Positions 51,112 to 63,310 of a stretch of 64,000 nucleotides of DNA are shown here, piece by piece. The notes beneath the pieces were generated by a model that was given only the letters and a program-made list of their open reading frames with translations, searched no databases and was not told the origin of the DNA. The stretch is from Myxococcota bacterium (GTDB lineage: Bacteria > Myxococcota_A > Bradymonadia > UBA7976 > UBA1532): positions 16,689-80,688 of the forward strand of contig CAUJDF010000075.1 of assembly GCA_963169045.1 (NCBI GenBank), written 5' to 3'. The stretch's first letter is position 1, and every line of letters starts with the position of its first letter. Position numbers and translations under genes: made by a program.

Positions 51112-53739
51112 TCAGCGGCCGTTCTGCCAGGACTCGGGGCCCGTCGCGGCGCCCTCGACGGCGGGGAAGCCACGGCCGGAGCCATCCCATGCCTCGAGCC
51201 GCATGAGGTTGACGCGGACGCGGGCGCCGGGCGCGTCGCTGCGGATGGCATTGCCGGTGAAGATGCGCAAATCGCCGTTGTAGCCGTCGACGCGGGCGTC
51301 GCGGGCCGCTGCCTCCGCCCACAGGCCGGTGACGCCGTGCGGCGCCTGACCCTGCGCGGCCCAGTTGGCGAACGTGGCGCTCGAGCCCGCGCCGGTGACG
51401 AGGTACGCGCGCGCGCCGAAGATGTCCTGGTCGACGTTCCAGAGGCGCAGGTCGGTGCTCGGGCGGCCGCCGGCGCCGGATCCCAGGACGAGACCCACGC
51501 CGTAGCCGATCGAGAAGACGTTGGAGAGCTCGGCGCCGGCGCTGCGGTCGAGCTGGAAGGCGACGCCGCGCGTGAACGTGTACTGGTTCACGAGGGCGCC
51601 GGCGCTGCCCGCCGCGCAGTCGAGGAAACACGCGTGCCAGAACGGCCAGAAGTGCACGTCGTTGACGCGCGCCGCCGCGTCGGTGTCCAGGCGCAGGCCG
51701 ACGGCGATGGGGCTGCCGAAGACGCGGTCGATGAGGACCGGACCGGCGCCGCCGCTCGCGACCTCGACACCGCGCGCGGGGTTGAGCAGGAAGACGTCGC
51801 GCACCACGACGTTCGTGCCGGTGACGCGGATGGCCCAGCCGAACGGGGCGGGGCCCTCCCAGCCGGGGCCGATCGCGCCGTGCTCCCAGTGGAAGGCGAG
51901 GTTCTCGAGCGTGGCGCGGTCGCCGAGCCGGACCACGTCGTCGCGGTTGCCGGCGGCGACGCGCAGGCGCGCGCCGCGGCTCGCGGTCACGTTCCAGCCG
52001 ACGCCGGTGAGGGCGACGCCCGGCAGCACCCGCAGCGAGCCCTCGATCCGGTAGTCGCCGGCGGGGACGAGCACCGCGCCGCCGCCCGCCTCGGCCGTGG
52101 CGTCGAGGGCCGCCTGGAGGGCGGCGGTGTCGTCGGTGCGGCCGTCGCCGCGGGCGCCGTGCCGCGTGACGTCGGTGCGCGCGGCGGCGGGCCGGAACGC
52201 GCTCTCCGCGAAGCCCGTCGGCGCCGGAATCCGCAGATCGAACGCGGCGTTGGCGGCGTTGCCGTCGACCTGGACGCGGCCGGGGCCGCCGGTGTGCGGG
52301 CTGCCGCTGCCCTCGAGGCTGCGGAAGAGGCCGACCTTCAGCGTCGCGTCGCGGTGGGCGGCCTCGAGGGCGGGGAAGCCAGCGCCGGCGCGGTCCCAGT
52401 CGCGGACGGTGAGCTGGTTCACGAGGAAGTGGGCGTTCGGGGCCTCGACGCGGACGGCGTTGCCCTCGATCTCGCGCAGGTCGAGGTCGGCGGCGCTCAC
52501 GCCGGCGCCGGCGCCGGTGATCCAGAGGCCGGTGGCGCCGCAGCGCCGGCCCCAGAAGCGCGTGAACCTGCCCGTCGTGTTGCGGCCGTCGATGACGACG
52601 CAGCGGCGGGCGTCCGTGACCCAGGTGTCCATGAGGGCGAACTTGGAGGTGGGCCCGGCGGGACGGTGCGGCGGCATGGCCTCGTCCTCGCCGAAGCGCA
52701 GCCCGATCGCGTAGCCGGCGACCTTCACGTCGGCGACCTGCGGGTTGTCGTTGCGCAGGCTCTCGATGGCCGTCCCGAGCTGCGCGGTCACCGCGGGGTG
52801 CGACGACCAGACGGGCTGGCCGTCGGCGGTCCAGTTGAAGCGGATGCGGCGCAAGCGGACGACGTCGTACGCGTAGTGGATCCGGATGCCGGTGCGGATC
52901 GGCTGACCCTGGACGTCCTCGATCGTCACGCGGCCGATGCCGCGGATGCCGAGCGTGGCGTTGGCGAGCCACACGTGGCGCACGAGGGTGTCGGGGTGGC
53001 CCATGTCGATGGCCCAGCCGAAGTTGCGCGGCTGCCATCCGGCGCCGGGGGCGGGCTGCTCGTGCCAGAGGCCGAGGTCGCGCACGGCGGCGCCGGCGTC
53101 GGCGAGCGTGATGGCGTTCGCCTCGAGCAAGCCGGCGTCGACGAGGATCCACGCGCCGGCGAGGGCGTCGCCGCGCGGCGGCTCGAAGCCGTCGCCCGCG
53201 AGCGTGATGGCGGCGCCGACGGTGAGCGCGCCCGTGAGCCGGTAGCGGCCGGCGGGGAAGTGGACGACGCCGCCGCCCGCGGCGTCGGCGGCGGCGATGG
53301 CGGCGCGCAGGGCGGCGGTGTCGTCGGCGACGCCGTCGCCGCGGGCGCCGTGGGCGCGGACGTCGAAGACGCCCCGCAGGGCGGGCGCCGGCGCGGCGGC
53401 GTCGGGGTCGGGGCCCGCGTCGGGGTCGGCGCCGCCGTCGGGCGGGCCGCCGTCGTCGGGCGGGCCGCCGACGTCGGGCGGGCCGCCGTCGTCGGGCGGG
53501 CCGCCGACGTCGGGCGGGCCGCCGCCGTCGGGCGGGCCACCGTCCCGTGTGGGCCCCTCGTCCGGCGTCGCGCCGTCGTCCACAGCGGGCGTCGCGCCGT
53601 CCCCGGCAGGCGTCGCCGCGTCCGCGGCCGGCGCCCCGTCGCCGCCGCCCGTCCCGGCGCACGCGCCCAGGCCGAGCATCCAGAGGCACACGACGAGGCG
53701 GGCGCGGCGCCCGGCGACCGGTGTTGAGCTGCATGTCAT
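51112..53739 (-). CDS. lipoprotein with two tandem pectate-lyase-superfamily (right-handed beta-helix, Pectate_lyase_3-like) domains
   Basis: Lipobox MLGLGAC. The N-terminal cap motif occurs twice: FDVRAHGARGDGVADDTAALRAAIAAA and TDVTRHGARGDGRTDDTAALQAALDAT. Confidence 0.8.
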   Translation of the reverse strand: MTCSSTPVAGRRARLVVCLWMLGLGACAGTGGGDGAPAADAATPAGDGATPAVDDGATPDEGPTRDGGPPDGGGPPDVGGPPDDGGPPDVGGPPDDGGPPDGGADPDAGPDPDAAAPAPALRGVFDVRAHGARGDGVADDTAALRAAIAAADAAGGGVVHFPAGRYRLTGALTVGAAITLAGDGFEPPRGDALAGAWILVDAGLLEANAITLADAGAAVRDLGLWHEQPAPGAGWQPRNFGWAIDMGHPDTLVRHVWLANATLGIRGIGRVTIEDVQGQPIRTGIRIHYAYDVVRLRRIRFNWTADGQPVWSSHPAVTAQLGTAIESLRNDNPQVADVKVAGYAIGLRFGEDEAMPPHRPAGPTSKFALMDTWVTDARRCVVIDGRNTTGRFTRFWGRRCGATGLWITGAGAGVSAADLDLREIEGNAVRVEAPNAHFLVNQLTVRDWDRAGAGFPALEAAHRDATLKVGLFRSLEGSGSPHTGGPGRVQVDGNAANAAFDLRIPAPTGFAESAFRPAAARTDVTRHGARGDGRTDDTAALQAALDATAEAGGGAVLVPAGDYRIEGSLRVLPGVALTGVGWNVTASRGARLRVAAGNRDDVVRLGDRATLENLAFHWEHGAIGPGWEGPAPFGWAIRVTGTNVVVRDVFLLNPARGVEVASGGAGPVLIDRVFGSPIAVGLRLDTDAAARVNDVHFWPFWHACFLDCAAGSAGALVNQYTFTRGVAFQLDRSAGAELSNVFSIGYGVGLVLGSGAGGRPSTDLRLWNVDQDIFGARAYLVTGAGSSATFANWAAQGQAPHGVTGLWAEAAARDARVDGYNGDLRIFTGNAIRSDAPGARVRVNLMRLEAWDGSGRGFPAVEGAATGPESWQNGR
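53431..53540. repeat. 18-bp tandem repeat x about 6 (encodes GGPPDx hexapeptides)
   Basis: GTCGGGCGGGCCGCC cores recur every 18 bp. Coding linker of the beta-helix lipoprotein. Confidence 0.85.
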
Positions 53740-53746
53740 GGAAGCA

Positions 53747-53776
53747 TTCGTATTTCCGGAGGCGACCGGCGGTCAA
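53747..53776 (-). promoter_or_regulatory. sigma-70-like promoter TTGACC-N18-TACGAA on the minus strand; would give a leaderless mRNA for the beta-helix lipoprotein
   Basis: The reverse complement reads TTGACCgccggtcgcctccggaaaTACGAAtgcttccATG. Confidence 0.25.
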
Positions 53777-53840
53777 CGAACCGAGGCCGGCGGGTCGGGT
53801 GCGTGGTAGCCTCCGCCCGTCCCAGTCACGTGGAGGACCG

Positions 53841-54422
53841 ATGCGGGCCAGCGGCACCAGCCAGGACCCGGCGGCGCCCGGCGCCGGCCCCGAGGGACCG
53901 TTCGGTTTCCTCTCCCGGCGGCGCTTCCTCAAGGTCGCGCTCGGCGCCGGCGTCGTCGTCGCCGGGGGCGGCGCGGGTCTCGTGGCGCTGCGGGGCACCG
54001 CGCCCCCGGTCGAGGGCCTGCGCTTCCTGAGCGCCCACCAGTACCGCACGCTGACGCTGCTGGCCCACGCCTTCCTCCCGCGGGGCGGCGCGTTCGCGAT
54101 GGGCGCGGAAGACCGCGATCTGGCTCGGGATTTCGACGCGTTTCTCGCCGGCGAGCCTGAGGCGAACGTGACCGATCTCAAGCGCGGCCTCCTGCTGCTC
54201 GAGTACGGACCGCTGTTCTTCGAGGGTCGGCTGACCACGTTCTCGCGATTGGACGAGGCCGGGCGCCTCGCCCACTGGGAGGGCTGGGCCACGAGCGGGC
54301 TGCTGCTGCGCCGGCAGCTCGCGGTGGCGTTCCGCCGCTTCCTCACACTGGTGTTCTACGACCACCCCGACGCGTGGGCGGGCATCGGCTACCCCGGGCC
54401 GTCGTTCGGGAGCGGGCGATGA
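53841..54422 (+). CDS. Tat-exported small subunit (gluconate 2-dehydrogenase subunit 3-like) of a GMC oxidoreductase
   Basis: Twin-arginine signal SRRRFLKVALGAG. ATG 53841. Its stop overlaps the next start (ATGA). Confidence 0.7.
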   Translation: MRASGTSQDPAAPGAGPEGPFGFLSRRRFLKVALGAGVVVAGGGAGLVALRGTAPPVEGLRFLSAHQYRTLTLLAHAFLPRGGAFAMGAEDRDLARDFDAFLAGEPEANVTDLKRGLLLLEYGPLFFEGRLTTFSRLDEAGRLAHWEGWATSGLLLRRQLAVAFRRFLTLVFYDHPDAWAGIGYPGPSFGSGR

Positions 54423-55933
54423 TCGTCGACCTCTCCCGCACGCCGCCGCCCGCGCCGCCGACCTGCGACGTGTGCGTGATCGGGTCCGGGCCCGGCGGGG
54501 CCACCGCCGCGCGCCTGCTCGCCGAGGCCGGCCGCGACGTGGTGGTGCTCGAGGAGGGCCCGGACCGCACCGGCGCCGAGCTGACGCAGCGCGACGGCGA
54601 GATGTACGACCAGCTGTACATGGAGCGCGGCGGGCGCGCGACCGACGACCTGGCCGTGGCCGTGCTGCAGGGGCGTGCGCTCGGCGGCGGCGCGGTCATC
54701 AACGCGTGCGACGTGGTGCCCATCCCCGACGGCGTCCTGGCGCACTGGCGGGCGAAGCACGGCCTCGCCGAGCTGACGCCCGAGGCGCTCGCGCCCCACC
54801 TCGAGGCGGCGCTGGCCGACCTGTCGGCGAACCCGATCGGGGAGCACCAGCTCAACCTCGCCAACCGGCTCCTGCGCCAGGGCGCCTCGGCGCTCGGGCT
54901 GCGCGGCGAGGTCATGCGCCACAACCGCGTCGGCTGCGCCGGCCTCGGCACGTGCCTCATCGGCTGCCCCGCCAACGCCAAGCGCAACCCGCGCTTCGTC
55001 GCCATCCCCGCGGCCATCGCCGCCGGGGCGCGCTTCTTCGTGCGGGCGCGGGCCGTGCGCATCGAGGACGGCGGCCGGGAGATCAAGCGCGTCCGCGTCC
55101 GCACGCTCGACGACCGCGGCTACCACGAGCGCGGCGAGTGGGAGGTGCGCGCGCGCACCGTCATCGTCGCCGCGAACGCCGTCGCCACCCCCCAGCTGCT
55201 GTTGCGCTCCGGCCTCGGCAACGGACACGTCGGCCGCCACCTCATGCTGCAGCCGCAGCTGCCCGTGACGGCGATGTTCGACGAGCGCATCGACGCGTTC
55301 CGCGGCATCCCGCAGGCCTATGCGATCACCGCCGGCGAGGTGGAGGACGATCCGCAGCACGGCCTGTGGGGCTTCCGCATCGAGGCGATCATGGGCACGC
55401 CGGGCATCTCGGCGTCGCTGCTGCCCGGCGGCGGCGCCGAGGGCAAGCGCCTGATGGGTCGCTACGCGTACATGGCCTCGGCGCTGCTGCTCGTCCCGGA
55501 CGCGCCCTCGGGCGAGGTCGAGCTGTGGGGCGACGGGCGCCCGCGCATCCGCTACACGCAGCGCCCCGATCACAAGGCGCGGCTGCGCGACGCGGTGCGC
55601 ATGGCGGCGCGCGTCTACTTCGCCGCCGGTGCGCGCGAGGTGTGGGTGCCGGTCTCGCCGCCGATCGTGTTGCGGCCGGGCGACGATCTGTCCGCCGTCG
55701 ACGGCCTCGACTTCGCGCCGGCCCGCGTGCCGCTCATCTCCGCGCACCAGCAGGGCACCGTGCGCATGGCGCCCTCGGCGAAGGCGGGCGCCGCCGATCC
55801 CGACGGTCGTCTGTTCGGCGCGCGCGATGTGTTCATCTTCGACTCGTCGCTGTTCCCTTCGAGCGCGTCGAGCCACACGATGACCCCGATCCTGACCATG
55901 GCGCGCTGGCTCGGCGCGCGGCTCGCGGTCTGA
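54419..55933 (+). CDS. GMC-family FAD-dependent oxidoreductase
   Basis: FAD-binding DVCVIGSGPGGATAARLLAEAG. GMC C-terminal region (HQQGTVRMA..., FDSSLFPSS). Confidence 0.9.
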   Translation: MIVDLSRTPPPAPPTCDVCVIGSGPGGATAARLLAEAGRDVVVLEEGPDRTGAELTQRDGEMYDQLYMERGGRATDDLAVAVLQGRALGGGAVINACDVVPIPDGVLAHWRAKHGLAELTPEALAPHLEAALADLSANPIGEHQLNLANRLLRQGASALGLRGEVMRHNRVGCAGLGTCLIGCPANAKRNPRFVAIPAAIAAGARFFVRARAVRIEDGGREIKRVRVRTLDDRGYHERGEWEVRARTVIVAANAVATPQLLLRSGLGNGHVGRHLMLQPQLPVTAMFDERIDAFRGIPQAYAITAGEVEDDPQHGLWGFRIEAIMGTPGISASLLPGGGAEGKRLMGRYAYMASALLLVPDAPSGEVELWGDGRPRIRYTQRPDHKARLRDAVRMAARVYFAAGAREVWVPVSPPIVLRPGDDLSAVDGLDFAPARVPLISAHQQGTVRMAPSAKAGAADPDGRLFGARDVFIFDSSLFPSSASSHTMTPILTMARWLGARLAV

Positions 55934-56002
55934 ACCGCGCCGTGCGGATGCGCCGTCGCCGAGGCCTCGCGTGAGGCGCGCCGGCGCGGGGCGGTCGCGC
56001 CC

Positions 56003-56182
56003 GTGACCGCCACGTCGCTCCTCGGGTGTGTCGTCCAGGCGTTGACCGCGGTCGGGGCGTTCGTCGCGCTCCACCGCCTGGCGGAGTTGCCGGGCTGGGC
56101 GGCGCTCGTGGCGGCGGTGCCGGCGAGCATGGTCGCGACGTGGCTGCTCATGGCCCTGTTCGCCGTCCTGCGGCGCGGCTGA
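56003..56182 (+). CDS. possible small (59-aa) two-TM membrane protein, below the ORF-track size cut-off
   Basis: My translation from GTG 56003: VTATSLLGCVVQALTAVGAFVALHRLAELPGWAALVAAVPASMVATWLLMALFAVLRRG, then stop. No SD seen. Confidence 0.25.
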   Translation: MTATSLLGCVVQALTAVGAFVALHRLAELPGWAALVAAVPASMVATWLLMALFAVLRRG

Positions 56183-56276
56183 CGGGCGCTCGCCGTCGGT
56201 CGACTGCGCGCCCGGGTTGTCGCGGTCGTGCCTTTGCGTGTATCGGGGAGTGTCCGGACACACAGGGGGTCGCTCG

Positions 56277-59363
<3,087 letters not shown>

Positions 59364-59424
59364 CGCCGCGCGTGCACCGCTCCCCACCTCCCGCGTAGAC
59401 TCGCCCCGACTGGGGTGAGGTCCG

Positions 59425-62400
59425 ATGAAACAGCGACGAGTGGTGGGCTGGGCCCTGTGGGCCCTGCTGGCGATCGGGTGCGCCGAGGACGCGAGCGAGG
59501 GCGGTGACGCGGCGGACGCCGCCGCCGACGGCGCGACGGGGCTCGGTGACGCGAGCGCCGACGCGGCGGGCGGTGCCGGCGGCATGGGCGGCGCGGGCGG
59601 CGGAGACGCGGCGCTCGCCGACGCCGCGCCCGTGGACGCGGCCCGCGACGCCGCGCCGCCCGACGCGGCGCCGTTGCCCGACGGCGCGCCGCCCACGCCG
59701 GTCGAGTCGTGCGAGGACGCCTGCGCCCGCTACGCGGCCTGCGACCGCCTCGAGGAGCTCTTCGGCAGCGAGGAGGCGTGCCTCACTCGCTGCGCGCGCG
59801 TCACGCGCGACGGCCAGCGCCCAGGCTTCTGGTGGGACTGCCTCGGCGTCGAGTCGTGCAACCTCGTCCACCTGTGTCGTCCGCCGCAGCCCGAGCCGCT
59901 CGCCTGCGACGCGATCTGCGCCCGCGCCGAGGGCTGCGGCGTCGAGCTGCCCGACTGCGAGGCCGCCTGCGCCGAGTCGGGCGAGCCCTTCCGGCTCTGC
60001 GGCGAGGCCGTCGCCGAGGCGTGCGACGCCGCCGCGCTCGTCGAGTGCCTCGGCACCAACGTCTACACGAGCTGCGACCGCGCCTGCGACGAGGCCGTCC
60101 GTTGCGACGCGGTGCCCGCCGAGGGCTGCCTGCTCGGCTGCGTCGGCGCGCTCGCCGACGCGGACCCGCTCTTCCGCCTGCGCGCGAGCCAGCGCAACGC
60201 CTGCATCGCCCGCGCGAACCAGGACTGCGGCCAGATCGCCGCCTGCATCGATCCGGCCGAGCCCGGCGAGCCGCCGCTCGTGACGCCCGACCAGTACTGC
60301 GCGCGCTGGGCCGGCTGCGGCTTCGACGACTTCATCCCTTGCGCCGCCGTCCTCGAGCGCTTCGGGCGCGATGCGGCGTTCCTCACCTGCGGCCTCGAGC
60401 AGATGGAGCGCGGGTGCCCGCGCGATCCCGGCCCGCTCCTCGAGGGCTGCGAGAACGGCGGCGTCGACCCGCGCTTCGAGTCGTGCAACCGCCTTTGCGA
60501 GGCGCGGGGCGTCTGCGGCCTGCTCGAGGGCGGCCCCGTCGCCCGCGCCGAGTGCGTGCAGAACTGCACCGGCGGCCAGAACGCCGACCCGGACGAGCTC
60601 GAGCGCGCCTCAGCCTCGCTGGTCTGCGGCGGCGTCGACCGGTGCGACGCGTTCGTCGCGTGCCTCGCGGAGACGGGGCCGGCCGTCGAGTGCCGCGACC
60701 ACTGCGCGCGCCTCGCCGTGTGCGGCCTCGCCGACGCCGACTGCCAGGCCGCGTGCGACCGCGACTGGGCCCGCGACCGGCAGGCGGCGACGCGCGCCTG
60801 CGTCGCCGAGGCCGCCGACTGCGCGGCGATCGCCGCCTGCGCGCCGCCGCCCGCCGCCCCCTGCGCCGCCTACTGCGCCCGCGCCGTCGAGTGCGGCCTC
60901 GAAGCGGCGCCCGGCTGCGAAGCGCGCTGCGACGATCGGCACTTCGCCGCGCCGTCGCCGGAGCTCCTCTACGACGCCTGTGTCGTCTCGGCGCCGGTCT
61001 GCCGCGCCGAGAACCGCAACGATCCCGCGGCGGCCAACTGCCGCACGCGCCCGGACGACGGCGCGGCGTGCCTCGCGTTCTGCCGCTTCGCCGCCGATTG
61101 CGGCGGCGGCGCCGACCTCGGCGCGTGCCTGCGTGAGTGCGGCCGCGGCCTCGTCGGCGACGACGGCCTGCGCTTCCTGAGCGGCCGCGACTGCCTGCGC
61201 CGCCAGCCCGCCGACGCCGCGTGCGGCGCGCTCGACGCGTGCATCCCCGACGGCGTCGACGCCGACTGCCCTGCGTTCTGCGCCGGCGCCGCCGCGTGCG
61301 GCGTCGAGCTCACCGAGTGCGAGGGCGCCTGCGCCGAGGACCCGCTGTCGCGCCTGCGCGTCCTGCAGCGGGCCGAGTGCCTCGGCGACGCCGGCGAGGA
61401 CTGCGGCGCCGTCCGCGCCTGCCTCGTGCCCGCCGTGGCGCCGCCGGACCCGGACGCCGTGCGCCCCGTCGACGACGCCACCTTCTGCGCCGCCTACGAC
61501 CGCTGCCGCTACGAGGAGTTCTTCGGCCCCTGCGAGAACGCGCTGCGCGAGTTCGCCGCCGATCCCGGCGTGCGCCGCTGCATGTACGACCTCCTCGCCG
61601 GCCAGTGCCCGGCCAACATCGAAGAGGTCTTCATCTGCCTCGAGGGCGGCCAGCCGGCGCCGAGCCCCATCGCCGCGGAGTGCGCCGCGCTCTGCGAGGC
61701 CCAGGCCTTCTGCGGCGACCGCGCCGCCGCCGACCAGGTTGCGTGCCGGCGCGCGTGCGAGGCGCAGATCCCGGCGAACGACCCCGACGCCGTCGCCCGC
61801 ATCGCGCCCCGCATGGCCTGCGCGCAGTCGTGGTCCTGCGCCGATCTGTCGGTGTGCCTCGCGAACAGCAGCCCGCGCGCCGTCTGCGCGGAGCACTGCG
61901 GCCGCCTGGCCGGGTGCGGCGCCGTCGCCGACCGCGCCGTCTGCGAGGCCGCGTGCGACCGCGACTTCGCCCGCCTGCGGCAGTTCCCGTTCCGCGATTG
62001 CGTGCGGCGCGCCGCCGCCTGCGAGGACGTGCGCGCCTGCGCCCCAGCGGCGCCCATCCCGTGTGCCGACGCCTGCGCGGCCCTCGAGGGCTGCGGCCCG
62101 GTGGCGCCCGCCTGCGCCGCCGAGTGCGACGACCAGCACTTCCGCGAGCCGCTCGAGACCGCGCTGCAGGTGGCTTGCATCCTCGGCGCCGAGGCCTGCG
62201 AAGGGGAGGGTGGCATCGCCGCCTGCTTCGAGGATCCGGGGCCCGGCGCCCGCGCCTGCCTCGGCTACTGCCGCGCGATCACCGAGTGCGATCCCGCCGC
62301 CGAACAGTCGCTCGTCGACTGTCTCAACGGCTGTGTCGCGGGTTACGACGACCGCAACGGCCTGCGCTTCGCCGCCGCCGAGGACTGCCTGCGCGCGGTG

Positions 62401-63303
62401 GCGCCGGACGCCGCCTGCGACGCGCTGCGCGCCTGCCTGCCCGACGCGCTGAGCGTCGACTGCGACGCGCACTGCGCCGAGCTCGACGCGTGCCGCGTGC
62501 CCGCCGAGGGCTGCGCCGCCGCGTGCGCCGGCGGCGACGTCTCGCTCGACGAGGGCGGCTGCGTCGCTGACGCCCGCCGCGCCGGCGGCGGCTGCGCAGC
62601 CGTCGCCGTCTGCGTCGGGCACGCGCCCCCGCCCGCGAGCGCGGCGTGCGTCCGCGCCTGCGAGCTGCGCGGGACGTGCGACCGCGAGGTCGACGAGTAC
62701 CTGTGTCGCCTCGACTGCACCCCCGCCCCCGCGGCGCTGCCCGTCCACGTCGCCTGCGCCGAGCTCTTCGACTGTGGCCGCGACCGCGACGCGTGCTTCG
62801 ACCTGCCCGCCGACCGCGACCGCGCCTGCGTCGCCGCCTGCGAAGGCGCCGCCGCGTGCGCCGGTCTGTTCGCCGACGCCGACGCCTGCGCCGCGATGTG
62901 TACCGGCCAGGTGGCGAGCGAGTTGCCGCTGCCGGGCTGGGCCGATGCCATCGGCGCCTGCCTCCGGGGCGCCATCGACGGCGATCGCTGCGACGAGGAC
63001 GCCGCCCGCCAGTGCTTCGAGGTGGGCGTGCGCCTCGGCCTCAACCAGGGCTACGGCCACCACGGCTCGTGCGAGACGTTCAACGCCTGCAACGACGCGC
63101 GCACGTGCGCCGACGCCGCCTGCCGCTTCCACGGCCACGGCCCCGCGCTCTCCTGGGAGGAGGGCCTCTGCATGGACCTGAACATGTCCGTGCCCGGTGG
63201 CATGGACTGCAATCTGTTCGCCCAGCTGCCCAACAACCTGGACGATCAGTGGCAGGGCTTCTGCAACATCCCCGTGGCCTACGACATCGTCTGCCGGCCC
63301 TGA
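59425..63303 (+). CDS. giant Cys-rich lipoprotein made of about 17 tandem 8-Cys modules plus a distinct C-terminal 8-Cys domain; no family recognised
   Basis: ATG 59425 (MKQRRVVGWALWALLAIGC, lipobox). My hand count is 141 Cys in 1292 aa. Module core is C-x3-C-x5-C-x(6-12)-C-x3-C. Two ~390-aa super-repeats at 60298-61484 and 61485-62646. Confidence 0.85.
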   Translation: MKQRRVVGWALWALLAIGCAEDASEGGDAADAAADGATGLGDASADAAGGAGGMGGAGGGDAALADAAPVDAARDAAPPDAAPLPDGAPPTPVESCEDACARYAACDRLEELFGSEEACLTRCARVTRDGQRPGFWWDCLGVESCNLVHLCRPPQPEPLACDAICARAEGCGVELPDCEAACAESGEPFRLCGEAVAEACDAAALVECLGTNVYTSCDRACDEAVRCDAVPAEGCLLGCVGALADADPLFRLRASQRNACIARANQDCGQIAACIDPAEPGEPPLVTPDQYCARWAGCGFDDFIPCAAVLERFGRDAAFLTCGLEQMERGCPRDPGPLLEGCENGGVDPRFESCNRLCEARGVCGLLEGGPVARAECVQNCTGGQNADPDELERASASLVCGGVDRCDAFVACLAETGPAVECRDHCARLAVCGLADADCQAACDRDWARDRQAATRACVAEAADCAAIAACAPPPAAPCAAYCARAVECGLEAAPGCEARCDDRHFAAPSPELLYDACVVSAPVCRAENRNDPAAANCRTRPDDGAACLAFCRFAADCGGGADLGACLRECGRGLVGDDGLRFLSGRDCLRRQPADAACGALDACIPDGVDADCPAFCAGAAACGVELTECEGACAEDPLSRLRVLQRAECLGDAGEDCGAVRACLVPAVAPPDPDAVRPVDDATFCAAYDRCRYEEFFGPCENALREFAADPGVRRCMYDLLAGQCPANIEEVFICLEGGQPAPSPIAAECAALCEAQAFCGDRAAADQVACRRACEAQIPANDPDAVARIAPRMACAQSWSCADLSVCLANSSPRAVCAEHCGRLAGCGAVADRAVCEAACDRDFARLRQFPFRDCVRRAAACEDVRACAPAAPIPCADACAALEGCGPVAPACAAECDDQHFREPLETALQVACILGAEACEGEGGIAACFEDPGPGARACLGYCRAITECDPAAEQSLVDCLNGCVAGYDDRNGLRFAAAEDCLRAVAPDAACDALRACLPDALSVDCDAHCAELDACRVPAEGCAAACAGGDVSLDEGGCVADARRAGGGCAAVAVCVGHAPPPASAACVRACELRGTCDREVDEYLCRLDCTPAPAALPVHVACAELFDCGRDRDACFDLPADRDRACVAACEGAAACAGLFADADACAAMCTGQVASELPLPGWADAIGACLRGAIDGDRCDEDAARQCFEVGVRLGLNQGYGHHGSCETFNACNDARTCADAACRFHGHGPALSWEEGLCMDLNMSVPGGMDCNLFAQLPNNLDDQWQGFCNIPVAYDIVCRP

Positions 63304-63310
63304 CGGCCGG

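Noticed and set aside
51625-51639. TGGCAC-N5-TTTC on the minus strand
   Set aside because: It is internal to the beta-helix lipoprotein CDS (codons W-H-A-C-F), the -12 GC is missing, and no downstream start is served.
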